A DNA stretch of 64,000 nucleotides from the human T2T-CHM13v2.0 reference genome, Homo sapiens: assembly GCF_009914755.1 (NCBI RefSeq), contig NC_060925.1. One strand, 5' to 3'. The first letter of the stretch is position 1. Every line of letters begins with the position of its first letter. Of this stretch, positions 27,774-40,981 are shown piece after piece. Both the position numbers and the translations under genes were made by a program. The notes beneath the pieces were generated by a model. It saw only the letters and a program-made list of their open reading frames with translations. It was not told where the DNA came from and did no database searches.

Positions 27774-28701
27774 CAGTGGTTCCCAACCTTTTTGGCACCA
27801 GGGATGGGTATCATGGAAGATGACTTTTCCACGGATGGGGGTGGGGAGAGTGGGGATGGTTTGGGGATGATTCAGATGCATTACATTTATTGTGTACTTT
27901 ATTTCTATTATTATTACATTGTAATATATAATAAAATGATTATATAACTCACCATAATGTAGAATCAGTGGGAGCCCTGAGCTTGTTTTCCTGCAACTAG
28001 AGGGTCCCATCTAGTTAGGAGTGATGGGAAACTGACAGATTATCAGGCATTAGATTCTCATCTGGGAGTGTTGGGAAACAGTGACAGATCATCAGGCATT
28101 AGATTCTCATCTGGGAGTGATGAGAGACAGTGACAGATCATCACACATTAGAATCTCATCTGGGAATGATGAGAGACAGTGACAGATCATCAGGCATTAG
28201 AATCTCATCTGGGAGTGATGGGAGACAGTGACAGATCATCAGGCATTAGATTCTCATCTGGGAGTGATGGGAGACAGTGACAGATCATCAGGCATTAGAT
28301 TCTCATCTGGGAGTGATGGGAGACAGTGACAGATCATCAGGCATTAGATTCTCATCTGGGAGTGATGGGAGACAGTGACAGATCATCAGGCACTAGATTC
28401 TCATCTGGGAGTGATGGGAGACAGTGACAGGTTACCAGGCATTAGACTCTCATAAAGAGGGGTCAACCTAGATCCCTCGCATGAGCAGTTCACAATAGGT
28501 TTCACGCTCTTATGAGAATCTAATGCCACCTCTGACCTGACAGGAGGTGGAGCTCAGGCAGCAATGTGAGCAAAGCAGAGTGGCTATAAATACAGCTGAA
28601 GCTTTGCTTGCCTGCCCGCTGCTCACTTTCTGCTGTGTGGCCCAGTTCCTAATAGTCCGTGGACCGGTACCGGTCTGTGGCCCTGGGGTTGGGGATCCCT
28701 G
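27774..28701. mobile_element. MER1A-like hAT DNA transposon with internal tandem expansion
   Basis: TIRs CAGTGGTTCCCAACC / GGTTGGGGATCCCTG; exact 8-bp TSD ttatagag (27766-27773, 28702-28709). Confidence 0.9.
28008..28453 (+). repeat. 9 x 49-bp minisatellite
   Basis: Unit catctgggagtgatgggagacagtgacagatcatcaggcattagattct; starts at 28008, 28059, 28108, 28157, 28206, 28255, 28304, 28353, 28402. Confidence 0.95.
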
Positions 28702-29031
28702 TTATAGAGCAAAGCACATAAGCACAATGCGTGAGAATTGGAAAAGTCTCTAAAATTCTTCTAGGCTCCAAAACTAAACAAACAACACTGAACAGATCCA
28801 TTTTCATTGAGATTCTTCTTTTAGTTCATATTTATTACTGGGATAATATTAATAAGTATATTTAAGCCAGAAAATATAAATGATTTGCCATGTTGAAAAC
28901 CCAAATCTTTACTTAAGCTAGCCTGGTTCTGAGCCCCCATTCAGAGAGCTAACTGCTGCTCACTGGCTTCAGAGTATATAGCTGGGTCTCAGTCCTTATG
29001 TTGTAACTTGTGAAAAATTTTCTTTCTTCAG

Positions 29032-29172
29032 CTTGCCTTTCAGGAGAGTAAGAACCTCTGCGAAGCCATGGAGAACTTTATGCAACAATTAAAGGAAAGT
29101 GGCATGACAATGGAGGAGCTAAAATATTCTCTGGAGCTGAAGAAAGCTGAGTTGAAGGCAAAATTGTTGTAA
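29032..29172 (+). CDS. C4BPB: C4BPB last exon, C-terminal oligomerisation helix
   Basis: LAFQESKNLCEAMENFMQQLKESGMTMEELKYSLELKKAELKAKLL-stop; coding exons sum to 759 nt (252 aa). Confidence 0.97.
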   Translation, partial: LAFQESKNLCEAMENFMQQLKESGMTMEELKYSLELKKAELKAKLL

Positions 29173-29198
29173 CACTACAGCTGAGCAGATGTAATAGA

Positions 29199-29216
29199 AA
29201 TAAACCTATGAATAAA
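29199..29216 (+). terminator. C4BPB: Tandem polyadenylation signals of C4BPB
   Basis: AATAAA at 29199-29204 and 29211-29216. Confidence 0.9.
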
Positions 29217-29295
29217 TTTTCTTCTTGGTTCTGAAATTGGTTTCAGATTTACCTCTTATTGGGCTGAAATTGCCAACAGCAGTTGTATAATGCAC

Positions 29296-29297
<2 letters not shown>

Positions 29298-29339
<42 letters not shown>

Positions 29340-29357
29340 TGTGTGTGTGTGTGTGTG
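29298..29357. repeat. (TG)n microsatellite
   Basis: ~30 TG units with one interruption. Confidence 0.97.
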
Positions 29358-30330
29358 TTGTTCTCAGAATGTGAAAAGGCCAAATGTAGTGGTTGTCTAA
29401 GGCCAGAATTAGCAACATATTATTGGAGAATAGAGGGCTTAATTTCCAGTCTGTAAGGAGAATGGAAAACTCTGATCTCAGCCGAGAGAGTAACTCGTAT
29501 TTTAACATGAGACCATGAATTATGAAACCAAAACTAACCGCAACTTATGAGGCAAAAATTAACCTTCCATTTTGGAAAAGATGCTTAGAATAGTTACATC
29601 CTTAAAAATGACCCACTGGGACAGAAGGAGAGCTAGGACCCAAATTCTCCTCCCAGTCTTGCCCACATCTGGCTTACGGAAACAGGTTTCCAAAGCTGCA
29701 GGAAAATTGCTTACTGCCTCTTGAATGAAACCTGGTCCTGCATGATAAATTAGAGATGGTGCAACACAAGTGAATATATTTCTTCTCTTTTTTAGAAACA
29801 AAAATTTTATATTATTTTTTACTTACAATTCTCCTTTTTTAGAGGGTAGAAGAAATAAGAATCCTAAGGCTTTCAATCAAAATGTCATACTGAGCTGGCA
29901 TGACAAGCTTCTCCCACCTCTCGTCCTGACTGCTACCTGAAACACGTAGGATATCTAGATAAAGTGCAACCAAAATATATAAGCCAGCTTGAAATAATGG
30001 AAAATCGCTAGGTAAAGTTATGAAGGGGAATAAGAGATGGACTCTTGAGTACCCCAGAGTCTACTAATAGGCACAAGACATGTACACACGTAGCATTATT
30101 TTAGAGTGGTTAGAATGAACTAAACATTTTCAGACAACAGTGGGCTATGAGAGCTCAGATGAGAGGAGGTTCACTTCTGTCTGGGAGGAGGAGGCAGGAA
30201 TATTGTCAAGGAAGAAGTCACAGTTATTTGGGCCTTCAAAAGTAAGTGAGAATTAGAGACAAAGATTAAAGAGCTCATTCCAGTTGGAAAGAATATTTGA
30301 GAAATGGAGTAAGACAATAATAAGATTTAA

Positions 30331-30628
<298 letters not shown>

Positions 30629-31049
30629 AATAATAAGATTTTTAACCAAGTAAATTCATTCCTAGGATTAATCTAACTGGAGGAAAATGATTTGAAATTG
30701 AAGCTACTTCTTATTTGTACATATTATCTATCTAGGAGGATCTTATGAGCATTTGAAATGTCTACTCTTAGGAAAATTTTGAATAAATTATGGTACTTTA
30801 AATGTAATGCAGACCTATATGGTGATAAATATGAGGAAGTAGAAAATCTTAAAAATACAATCTTAAGTAAAAATAGAATATTTAATAACAAGGGCTTATG
30901 ATTGCATTTATGTAAAACCTTTATTCTTGTGGGAAAGGATTAGACAATAATAGGCACAGATAAAAACATTTGTCTTAGAATATGAAATTATAAGTGTTTA
31001 TTCTCTTAAAACTTTTTAATGTTGTAAAATGAATTTCTAATAATAATTT

Positions 31050-32470
31050 TAGAAGGCATTGCACAGAGGCAGAAAAAATGGGATATGTTTAGGAACTTGC
31101 ACATAGCCTGGACTGGCCTAGATGAAGCATGGAAATTGGTGAGAGAGAAGGTGGCTGGAAAGATAAGTCAAAGCCAGTTTATGGAGGCTTTTGAATGACG
31201 TGCTAGAGAATATACACTTGTTTTTGGTAGGCAGAGAATATACATTTGTTTTTTGGCAGTCAGACCATGAAGACATGGAAGCCTTGCAAACAATGAAGTA
31301 ATAAGGACAGAACATAAAGAAAGATTTCTCTCACAATGTTGGTTGTAGTATTGGTTGATGAGGGAAAAGAACTAAGAGAAACCAACGAAAGGACTCCTAC
31401 AATAGTCCATATGGGAGGCATTATCAACCTGAACTGGTTTGGTGGCAGCAGAAATGAAAAAGCAGCAGCAGACACGAGAGATATTGAAAACTTGTATCAA
31501 AACAACCTGTCAACTAATCAAACATTGAAGGGTGAGGGAGAGGAAGAGTTCAAAAGTGAATCTGAAATTTTATTCCCGAGAACCAGAGGTCAGAAAAAGC
31601 TGGGGTCAGAAAGTGAAGCTTGTTGGCCGGAAATGAGAAATTCCTCTTTGGATGTGCTGAGGGTGAAGTGCTTGCAAGATGTCCAGTGGGGGGAAAAAAA
31701 AAACAAAACCTAAGAAAGTAAGTCTTGAGTTTCGGAGAGTAATCAGAAATAATAATGTAGTGCTGGCTAGTCTTCTTACTGGTAATAGTTAAAGCTGTGA
31801 CAGAAGGCAAGATCATTAAAATTGCGAAGATAATTTTTTTAAAAAAAGAAGAGCCTGAGATATATCTATATTTAGGAATGAGAAGGAGGAAGAGAAGGTA
31901 ACAGTAACTAAGAAAGAGAAATTAGTTAAGTTAAGGGAATCAGGTAAGTTTAGTGTCATGGAAGCCAAAGGAGAAGAGAGTTTCAGAAAGGAAATGATCA
32001 GCAGTGACAAAGGCTGCAGACAGATCCTAAGAAATGAATTAAAGATATTTTGGACTTGGACCTAAGGGCGTGCCTCAGAGAGACATGTCAGTAGAAGAGT
32101 GGTAGAAGCCAGATGGGAAAGCAACAGGTGGAGTGATGAATGAGAAAGAACAGGCAGGTAGAACAAGTCACACCTTTGAGAAGTTCAGCATCACACTAAA
32201 GAAGAAAGGTGGAATTTGAGGTATTGGCAAAATTGAAGGGACATTTCAGGATGAGAGATGCATTGAAAATGAGGCAGGAAAAGAAGAAACAATTCTCCTC
32301 GGAATGAGGAGTGAATAGGAGGGAAAATTTGACATTGATGAAGCTAAGGTAGAATGATTTTTAGTAAAGTAGGAGGTAAGAGCATCTGCTGAGAGGGAAT
32401 GTGACAATTTGGTGACCTGGAGAGAAAAATCTGCAAGAGTCACTGTGGAAAGTAAACGAAAGGACTTCAA
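31050..32470 (-). mobile_element. L2 relics
   Basis: Purine-rich plus-strand text typical of antisense L2 (ttggatgtgctgagggtgaagtgc, gtgtcatggaagccaaaggagaagagagtttc). Confidence 0.55.
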
Positions 32471-33395
32471 TACATTGGAAAACGGTACTTTAAAGAAATA
32501 GCAGCTTTAAAGGTGATATTTCTTCCAATTTAGTCTCAAGACTGTGCAATCTGGAATCCTCCTCTATCTTCATTCTGGTCAAATCAGTGTCTCACCTTGG
32601 TGACCTAGCGCATGGTTTCTTTACATCTAATATCCTTACCACTTTTATCTAATAATTTCTACCTTTTATCCAAATCTCACATCTTCTGTAGAAACTTCCT
32701 TGATTAACTCAACCTGTTGTAGTTTAGTTCCTTTTCTGAAACTCTTCTGGGACTTTCAGTATTTATTACAGAAAAAGTGAAGTTCTCAGAAAGAATTGCC
32801 TTTTAATAGCAATCTTCTGAGCACACAAATCTTAACCTTGAGGATTAGTAGCTTAATTGGACTATGTAAGTGCTTGTGGTCTTTTTAGATCTATGCGAGA
32901 GGAAACATGGCCGGTCCTTCATTGCGTTCTTCTGAGCGCACTGGATAGATCAATTTTTGGAGGCCCTCTGGTGCCTGACATGTAGTAGCAGTTAACATTT
33001 GCTGAACTCCAAATACGTTCTAGATAACTCAGCACATAGTGGAAACCCAATGCATGTTTGATAAATTCCCCACCTTTTGTAATTCCTTGGGGTGGGATAG
33101 AGACGAGCTCTGGGCAAGAATATCAGTTTTCAAACTCCAGGAAAGCATACTGGACCTAGTGTCATGGAAAGTGGATCATTTTTGCGGAGGCTCTCTGAAC
33201 CTCGCAGTATCCAAGGTTTCCAGGCTAGCTGGACTGTGTCTTGCCATAACCCTTATGTGTTTATGAAAAGAAAAAAGAATTCTGGCTTCAAATTCAAATT
33301 ACCTTTCCACTTAGGGGAAATGGTTGGCAGAGGAGAAAATAAACGATTGCGACATGTTACGAAGAATGAGGACTAGCAAAGAGGAAGGAGCTTAG

Positions 33396-33434
33396 GTAAA
33401 CAGTGCTGCTTTATTTCTGCTGTTAATCATTCAT
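33396..33434 (+). promoter_or_regulatory. C4BPA: C4BPA TATA-less liver promoter: FOXA-like and HNF1 sites
   Basis: GTAAACA 33396-33402; GTTAATCATTCAT 33422-33434 fits HNF1 GTTAATNATTAAC; C4BPA is known to be HNF1-dependent. Confidence 0.8.
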
Positions 33435-33459
33435 TGGGCCCGTCAAAAGTTTCTGCCCA

Positions 33460-33669
33460 TCTATTTCCATCAACCGTCCTTGACCAGCCAACCACATGGC
33501 TGAAATTCAGGGACTCTTTGGTGGAGCAATTACCAGTCAACTTCAGGGTATTATGATAAACTCTGATCTGGGGAGGAACCAGGACTACATAGATCAAGGC
33601 AGTTTTCTTCTTTGAGAAACTATCCCAGATATCATCATAGAGTCTTCTGCTCTTCCTCAACTACCAAAG
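33460..33669 (+). other. C4BPA: C4BPA non-coding exon 1 (start approximate)
   Basis: Directly downstream of the HNF1 site; donor CAAAG|gtcggt. Confidence 0.75.
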
Positions 33670-34514
33670 GTCGGTGGACTACTAAACCCTTGGGGAAGCT
33701 TGGAGGAAAGGCTGGTGGTTTGGCCCTTTAAGGAGTGCAGGATTAGAAGGATAAAACAGAGACAAAAGCTTGGAGGTGTTTTCAGCAGAAATCTTTTCAG
33801 GAGCACTGTATTAGGGGGATGTAAGACTTGAGACGTACTTTAAACCCTATCTGAACCTCAAGTTTTAAAAATTATAAATGGAGGAATAATATTGCATTCT
33901 AATAAAATAAGCTAAAGAAGAAGAGGTGTAAGGTGTTGCTCTTGTTACTGTATCTAAAAGACAGATGTGTTGGTTTGTTGATCTTTCACCACCTTCCCAC
34001 ATCAGAGTTGAGGCAAGGGGTCAATCAGACTTTTCAAAGGGTTCACAGGAAGCTTGCTTTTCTTAGTCTACATTCTGAAAACTGGGGCCATTTCTATTTT
34101 GAGATTTGATTAACCACTCCAAATCTCCTCCACCACTGACAGCAAAGATGTTTAGATTTGGTAATAAGGAGGACACTGGCCAGCCTCCAGTTGGTTTCTG
34201 AAGCTAGCAGTCTTAGTCGTCCTCATCTTCTTTACTTTCTGAATTTGACGATGCTGATAACCCTTCCTTCTTGAAATTCTCTTCTTCCTTGGTTGGCCAG
34301 GATACAGTACCATTCTGGTCCTCATTTTAATTCTTCAACCACTTGTCTCTTTGCTGATTCCTATTCTATCTCTAAATATGGTAACACCAAAAGAATAAAA
34401 AGTAGACTACAGAAGAGGCAGAAGCATCAAAGAAGGTTGGCATTAAGCTTAGAGATATGTTTGAATGTAGTATGAGCACAGAATAAAGGGGCTGATAGAA
34501 AAATAAAGAGATTT

Positions 34515-34826
<312 letters not shown>

Positions 34827-35680
34827 ATTCTAGGAAGGGTGGGGAAAGTGTGGGAGCCAGTTCTTTCTGGAGTTTGTAAGTGATATAATTGAGAGCCCAG
34901 GTATAAGGAAGAAGACACTCAGCCCGAGACTGGAGAAAAATACTATCCTTTCACAAGGTATCTGCATTTTAAAAGGGGGAAGTTAGACAAAATAAATATT
35001 AACTTAAAAAGTAACTTCTCATGGAAGGAGAAATTTGAGGACTAAAGATTTTTCCAGTGACTCTCAAATTGCACTGCATTGCTAAGTGCTGATATTATTT
35101 TTCACAAGGGACCCGCCATGCTGACTAAAGTTCTTGAGTTGGTTCCATTTCTGCAGGAATTTAAAAGGTGAAGTCCTTGAAATATGAAAGTTGGCTAGAG
35201 TAGTCTCAGCTTTTCAGTGAGCAGTTACAGAATTGCAGAATTTGTTCATCTAGGTTTAATGTCATTATTTTAGAGATGGAGGGAACTGATATCCAAGAAG
35301 CTGATATAGCTTCTTCAAGATCACAGACTTAGACTGTGGTATTGCTGGAACTCCAACTTGTGTCTTCTCAGCTCGCAAGTTCTAGCCTCCATTCCCATAC
35401 TCTGTGGCCAGCTGGTTTCTGCTGAGGGACCACCAGGAGTAGTTATGGTGAACTGCAAATGCCGTAGTTGGAGAAGAGTTAGGATGCATCCTGATGGTTT
35501 GTTAGGGAAGTCTAGTCACTGTATTATCTCTCTTCAAAACTGACAAAGCATTTCACACACATTATTTCATTTGGTCCTCAGTGAGACAGTCATTCTCATT
35601 CTAAAGATAAAATTAAATTGACTTTCATTCCTTTTAGATTTATTATTGTTTATTCTGTCTTATTCCTTCCTCCGTGTAAG

Positions 35681-35979
35681 TTTTTTTTTTTTTTTTGAAA
35701 CGGAGTCTCGCTTTGTTGCCCAGACTGGAGTGCGGTGGTGCAATCTCTGCTCACTGCAAGCTCCGTCTCCCGGGTTCACAGGCCATTCTCCTGCCTCAGC
35801 CTCCCGAGTAGCTGGGACTACAGGCGCCCGCCACCACGCCCAGCTAATTTTTTGTCTTTTTAGTAGAGACAGGGTTTCACCGTGTTAGCCAGGATGGTCT
35901 CGACTTCCTGACCTCGTGATCTGCCTGCCTTGGCCTCCCAAAGTGCTGGGATTACAGGCGTGAGCCACTGCACCCGGCC
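35681..35979 (-). mobile_element. AluY element
   Basis: gcaagctccg and accgtgttagccaggatggtctcga diagnostics; TSD tcctc(c/t)gtgtaagtttt. Confidence 0.93.
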
Positions 35980-36494
35980 TCCTCTGTGTAAGTTTTAAGC
36001 TAGTTAAATTCTGGTGCTCAAATTAGGTCTTTCTAAAGGCAGTGAAAGAAATCTCTGCGAAATAAGGAGGAACTCTTTTCTCTTCCTCTGCATCTGCAAA
36101 AAAGCAGATGATAATCTGCGTGATAAAACTGACCTTGCAAATGTTTTTTTTTAACAAAGGAGTCACGGGGTTATATAGACCAATTACAATACCACGTTAG
36201 AGATGGAAAGTTGAATAAACACCTTCCTTGTCTTCAAGGAATTCACAATGTATTTCGGGAGGCAAAAGCAAATAGATAGTTAGGATACAAAACAATGCTA
36301 CAATTAAGGTATTAGCCAAGTACTAGAAGAACAGAAAACACTGGCATTTCATGATGAAGTCAGGCAATGCTTCACCAAGGAGGTGACATTTGATCTGAAT
36401 AGTGAGTAAAGGAATAGTGAGTAAAGGAGAAGTTGGAGGTAAGAGCATTAATGCATGGGAGACATTAACTGCAAATGCTTGCAGGTGTTTTTTA

Positions 36495-36797
<303 letters not shown>

Positions 36798-37959
36798 AAT
36801 CCAGAATGTTTTTGGGGAAGGGTAAGTGCCTCCTTGAGACTGAAGCATGGTGTTCTAAGTGAGAAATGATGGGAAAACTGGGACAGATAGGGGAACCTAT
36901 GGAAACTGGGAACCATGAATGTTTTTAAGCAGAGTAACAACACATAAATTGCTTTTTAGGGACATAATGGCATCAACATGGAAGCTGGCTTATAAATGTT
37001 TGAAGGCTTTTGCAGTGGTCTAGGGTGAGGGGAAGGGAATTATAGGAACCTAAACCTGGACTATGGAAGTGGAGTGTTGGAGAGAGTGGCAGATTCTGGT
37101 GCAGCTGCTATGACCAACTTGATAGGACTTGACGACTCTGAATAGTGCAAGGAGGTGAGACAGAGGAGGCAATAATGACTTGGATTTCTAGTCTGGGAGG
37201 CTGGGTGGAGATTGTCACCTTCACTGAGACAGAAAGCACAGATATTAAGTAGTGTTGGAGGAACATAGTGAATTTAGTTTGAAACATGTTAAATTCAAGG
37301 TGCCTGGGAGATACAAATGAAGTGATTGGAAATATTGATTTGAACCTTGGGAATTTTAACTTAAATTATTATTATTATTATTATTTGCTTAAATGAGAAA
37401 TCTAACAGAGTCAAAAAGTTTTAGTTTACTTTCAAGTTTGCAGATAAAGAGGAAAGTGTAATAATTATTTCTGGATTTGGCAAGGAAAACTCACAAGCAC
37501 TTATAACTTTCAGTAAACAGAAATGTTTATTTAAATATTATTCCAGAAAAAAAAATTCACTAAGATAACCAGTCAGAATTACACTTTTCTGAGGTTAAAA
37601 TTACTGTCATGTGGCAGAGCAATCTCTAAAATCCAGGAACGACTCCTTTGTTAGAAAAAACATTTGCAAGGTCAGTTTTGTCACGTAGATTATCATCTGC
37701 TTTTTTGCAGCTGCAGAGGAAAAGAGTTCCTCCTTATTTTACAGAGATTTATTTCATTGCCTTTAGAAAGACGTAATTTGAGCACCAGAATTTAACTAGT
37801 TAGCAACCAGAGTAAAGAAGACAAGCCTGAATAGCTTAAAACTTACACGGAGGAAGGAATAAGACAGAATAAAATAATTATTAACAATTGAATTTATGGA
37901 GCATGGAAGTTTTTGCATGAACCAGAGACAATTAGGCCCAGAGGTCTGTGGGTGATTCA

Positions 37960-38259
37960 TTTTATTTATTTATTTATTTTTGAGACGGAGTCTCTCTGTC
38001 GCCCAGGCTGGAGTGCAGTGGTGTGATCTCGGATCACTGTAACCTTTGCCTCCCGGGTTCAAGCGATTAACCTGCCTCAGCCTCCTGAGTAGCTGGGATT
38101 ACAGGCGTGCACCACCACACCCAGCTAATTTTTGTATTTTTAGTAGAGACGGGGTTTCACCATGTTAGTCAGGCCGGTCTTGAACTCCTGACCTCGTGAT
38201 CTGCCCGCCTCAGCCTCCCAAAGTGCTGGGATTACAGGCGTGAGCTACCGCGTCTGACC
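37960..38259 (-). mobile_element. AluS element
   Basis: Exact 13-bp TSD tgtgggtgattca (37947-37959, 38260-38272). Confidence 0.95.
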
Positions 38260-38619
38260 TGTGGGTGATTCAGGTATGATGATTAAAGTTATGGATGTGG
38301 ATGACTTCCTTTCAGGAAGATAGTTGAGGGCAAGGGAAGACAAAGCCCCAGGACAGCCCCAGAGGCCCCAGCATTCCTCTGCTGTGCATGACACATTAGA
38401 TCTCACTGTACCAAAGGCCACAGTGGAGACCAGATCCAGGGCTTCTAGCCGGAAGTTCAGTGGATGCTCCTCTGCACTGGGGTGTAATTAAAGTCCCTGG
38501 TGATGCAACCATTTATTGCAATTTTAAATCATTATGATGACAATGTTTTGACATCCAGGAGTTTGGCTTCTGACAGAGTGACATTCCAATGCCAATTCTA
38601 TGAAACTCTTCCCTATAAT

Positions 38620-38850
38620 TTCTTTTGAATGTTTACTATGTGCTGTCCACACACCATGCCAAGCCCCTCTCAGAAATTCCGAGATATAATTACAGTTATC
38701 CTTCTTATTTTATAATAAAGGAAACTGAGGCTTAGAGGAACTGAGTGTTTTGTCCATGGGACTCGGTTCCCATGTGGTAGAGCCAGGACGCCAACTCACA
38801 TGTTCTGGGTGTGACTCCAGAGCCCATGCCCAAGGTCTTGGCCACACTGT
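38620..38850 (-). mobile_element. MIR
   Basis: ataaaggaaactgaggcttagagg...tggtagagccagga...tgactccagagccca core. Confidence 0.75.
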
Positions 38851-39746
38851 CCTCCTCTGTCCCCAGCTCTGTGGCCATGGCCTAGGTGTGAGGATGAAGT
38901 AAAGGGAGTGAAATAACTTCCTCATCACAGTGTAGGGTCTGCATTTGTCTGTATCTCCTGTCATAACCTGTGGAAGGAGGAGAACCAGTTTTTGCCTACT
39001 GCTTCCCTCCTTCACTGTCCTCCCTTGACTAGTTGATGATATGATGACTTCAGTTTAAGAATGGAAGAGCCTAGAGTAAAATTATTTGGGCCAGTTCTCA
39101 TTAAAATACAGGTGTTTGCCTTGCTTTAAAATCAGGTAAAATCAGTCCTTAACAAAGCATACACTGTAAGGGGAGACACTGATATGGCACAGTACTACTT
39201 TTCTTTGGAACACACGTTATCACTAGGAGCTTTTGGATTTAAATTCAATGCACATTTTGTGAGCACTTTAACTTCATGAGGCGCAGGCTAGGTACTATTG
39301 TGGGGCAGAAATAAATGGGAGCATACTCTGTCATTTCAAGGATCTTGTGGTTTAGTGGTGAAGGCAGACTTCAGATGTGAGTTACAGACCAAGTCCGAAT
39401 CAGAGTTATAAATACAAAATTGTACTTGGTATGTGGAGGCTTGCTTGGATAGGAGGGAATGCTGGAGAAGGGACTGGCAGAATGAGTAGGAATTAAAGAG
39501 GAAAAAGAGAGAGGGTAGATGATGTGGACAGGAATGGGAGATAGGAAAGTGCTGGGAATGGTAAGGAATTCTGGTTGTCCAGGATAGCTGGAGCCTAAGG
39601 GGTCAGACCACAATACCGAAAAGTTAGTCATCAAAGCCAATTGAGTGAATGCCAGTACTTGAAGGATCAGTTCATAGAAATAAATTTGCTGAATTTATCA
39701 AAGTATCAATTTATCTAACATTGTTTCAAGAAACATTCATTTTGGA

Positions 39747-39895
39747 GGCCAGGCATGGTGGCTTATGCCTGTAATCCCAGCACTTTGGGAGGCCGAGGCG
39801 GGAGAATTGCTTGAGGCCAGGAGTTTGAGACCAGCCTGGGCAACATAGTAAGATCACATCTCTATTACAATTTTAGAAAAGAAAAAGAAAAAGAA
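39747..39895 (+). mobile_element. FLAM / free left Alu monomer
   Basis: Single left arm plus A-rich tail. Confidence 0.85.
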
Positions 39896-40833
39896 ATCAT
39901 TTTGAGTATTCAATGAGTATAAATATATCCTTTTTGAATGTAGCTAATGAATACATATTTTAGTGGCATTTAAGATATTTTTGTTCAACTTCTTGAAGCT
40001 AATGATTTAATCTTATGGTTGTATTTTTGTAAATATAGTCATGAATATTTTTCTGAACATATTCAACATATATATTTTTCTTGTGAATGTAATAACAACT
40101 GCAACAATTCCTAGGGGAAATTTCCACTTTCTACTCTTATCCTTTTGATTTTTCATAGTCAATTCTATTTTGCCACCCCACTGGTGTTTTTAATCTCTTT
40201 CTTCAATTTCACTGAAATTCAATAAACACAACAAATCTACTCATTGTCAAAAATTGAAGAAACTTTTTCCCATAGTTTTCATAGTTCATAACATATCTTA
40301 TTGGGTGGGAGAAATTTGTCACATTTTATGAATTTCACAGATGATGAGTGAGGTGGTTTTCATGATATGCAACCTGCCTGGCTCTCAGCTGTCTCCAGCT
40401 TCACAAGATTGTGAGGGCAGAGAGGAGCATAGAGTTAGGAAGGAGGATAATGGGAAAAAAGAGGGGGAAACTGAGTAGAAAGGGGAAGTATGAAGTCCCA
40501 GAATGTTGGTCCTGGCTCCTCCCAACCTCTCTAGACCACCTGGATTCATTCAGTACAAAGTCTGTGAACACATTTCCAGTAAGTGACTACAACTGGTAAA
40601 TTGCTCGTTAGGTGAATTTACGTATTGGCAGAATTGCCCCGGTGGGGATGTATAGAGCTCATGGGACAGGACGTGTGTGACATGGGGTTCCCACAGCTGA
40701 CAACAGGTGGAGGGATGGCTTCATCAGAACTAAGTTTTAGAAAGAGAAGAAGCTTATGTGAGTCTTTACTCAATGAAGAAATTAGACCCCACAAAGAATG
40801 AAGGGCACTATAAACTTCCCTTCTCCCACACAG

Positions 40834-40981
40834 TTTCTCTCCAAGATGTTTCAGTCCCACATTATGTAAGACTGGCCCATATTACTGAGACCAGCTTTAT
40901 GTTGAGGGACTGAACATTACCTTAGATATACATTACATTACAGTCCTACATTATGTGGGACTGAAACATCTTGGGGAGAAA
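40834..40981. repeat. 41-bp inverted repeat with 66-bp spacer
   Basis: Arms 40834-40874 and 40941-40981 are reverse complements at 38/41 positions. Confidence 0.92.

Noticed and set aside
28008-28453. CRISPR-like array
   Set aside because: Units are contiguous with no unique spacers, lie inside a hAT element in a mammalian intron, and have no cas genes nearby
36397-36428. Short tandem duplication gaatagtgagtaaag x2
   Set aside because: Ordinary slippage within L2-like sequence
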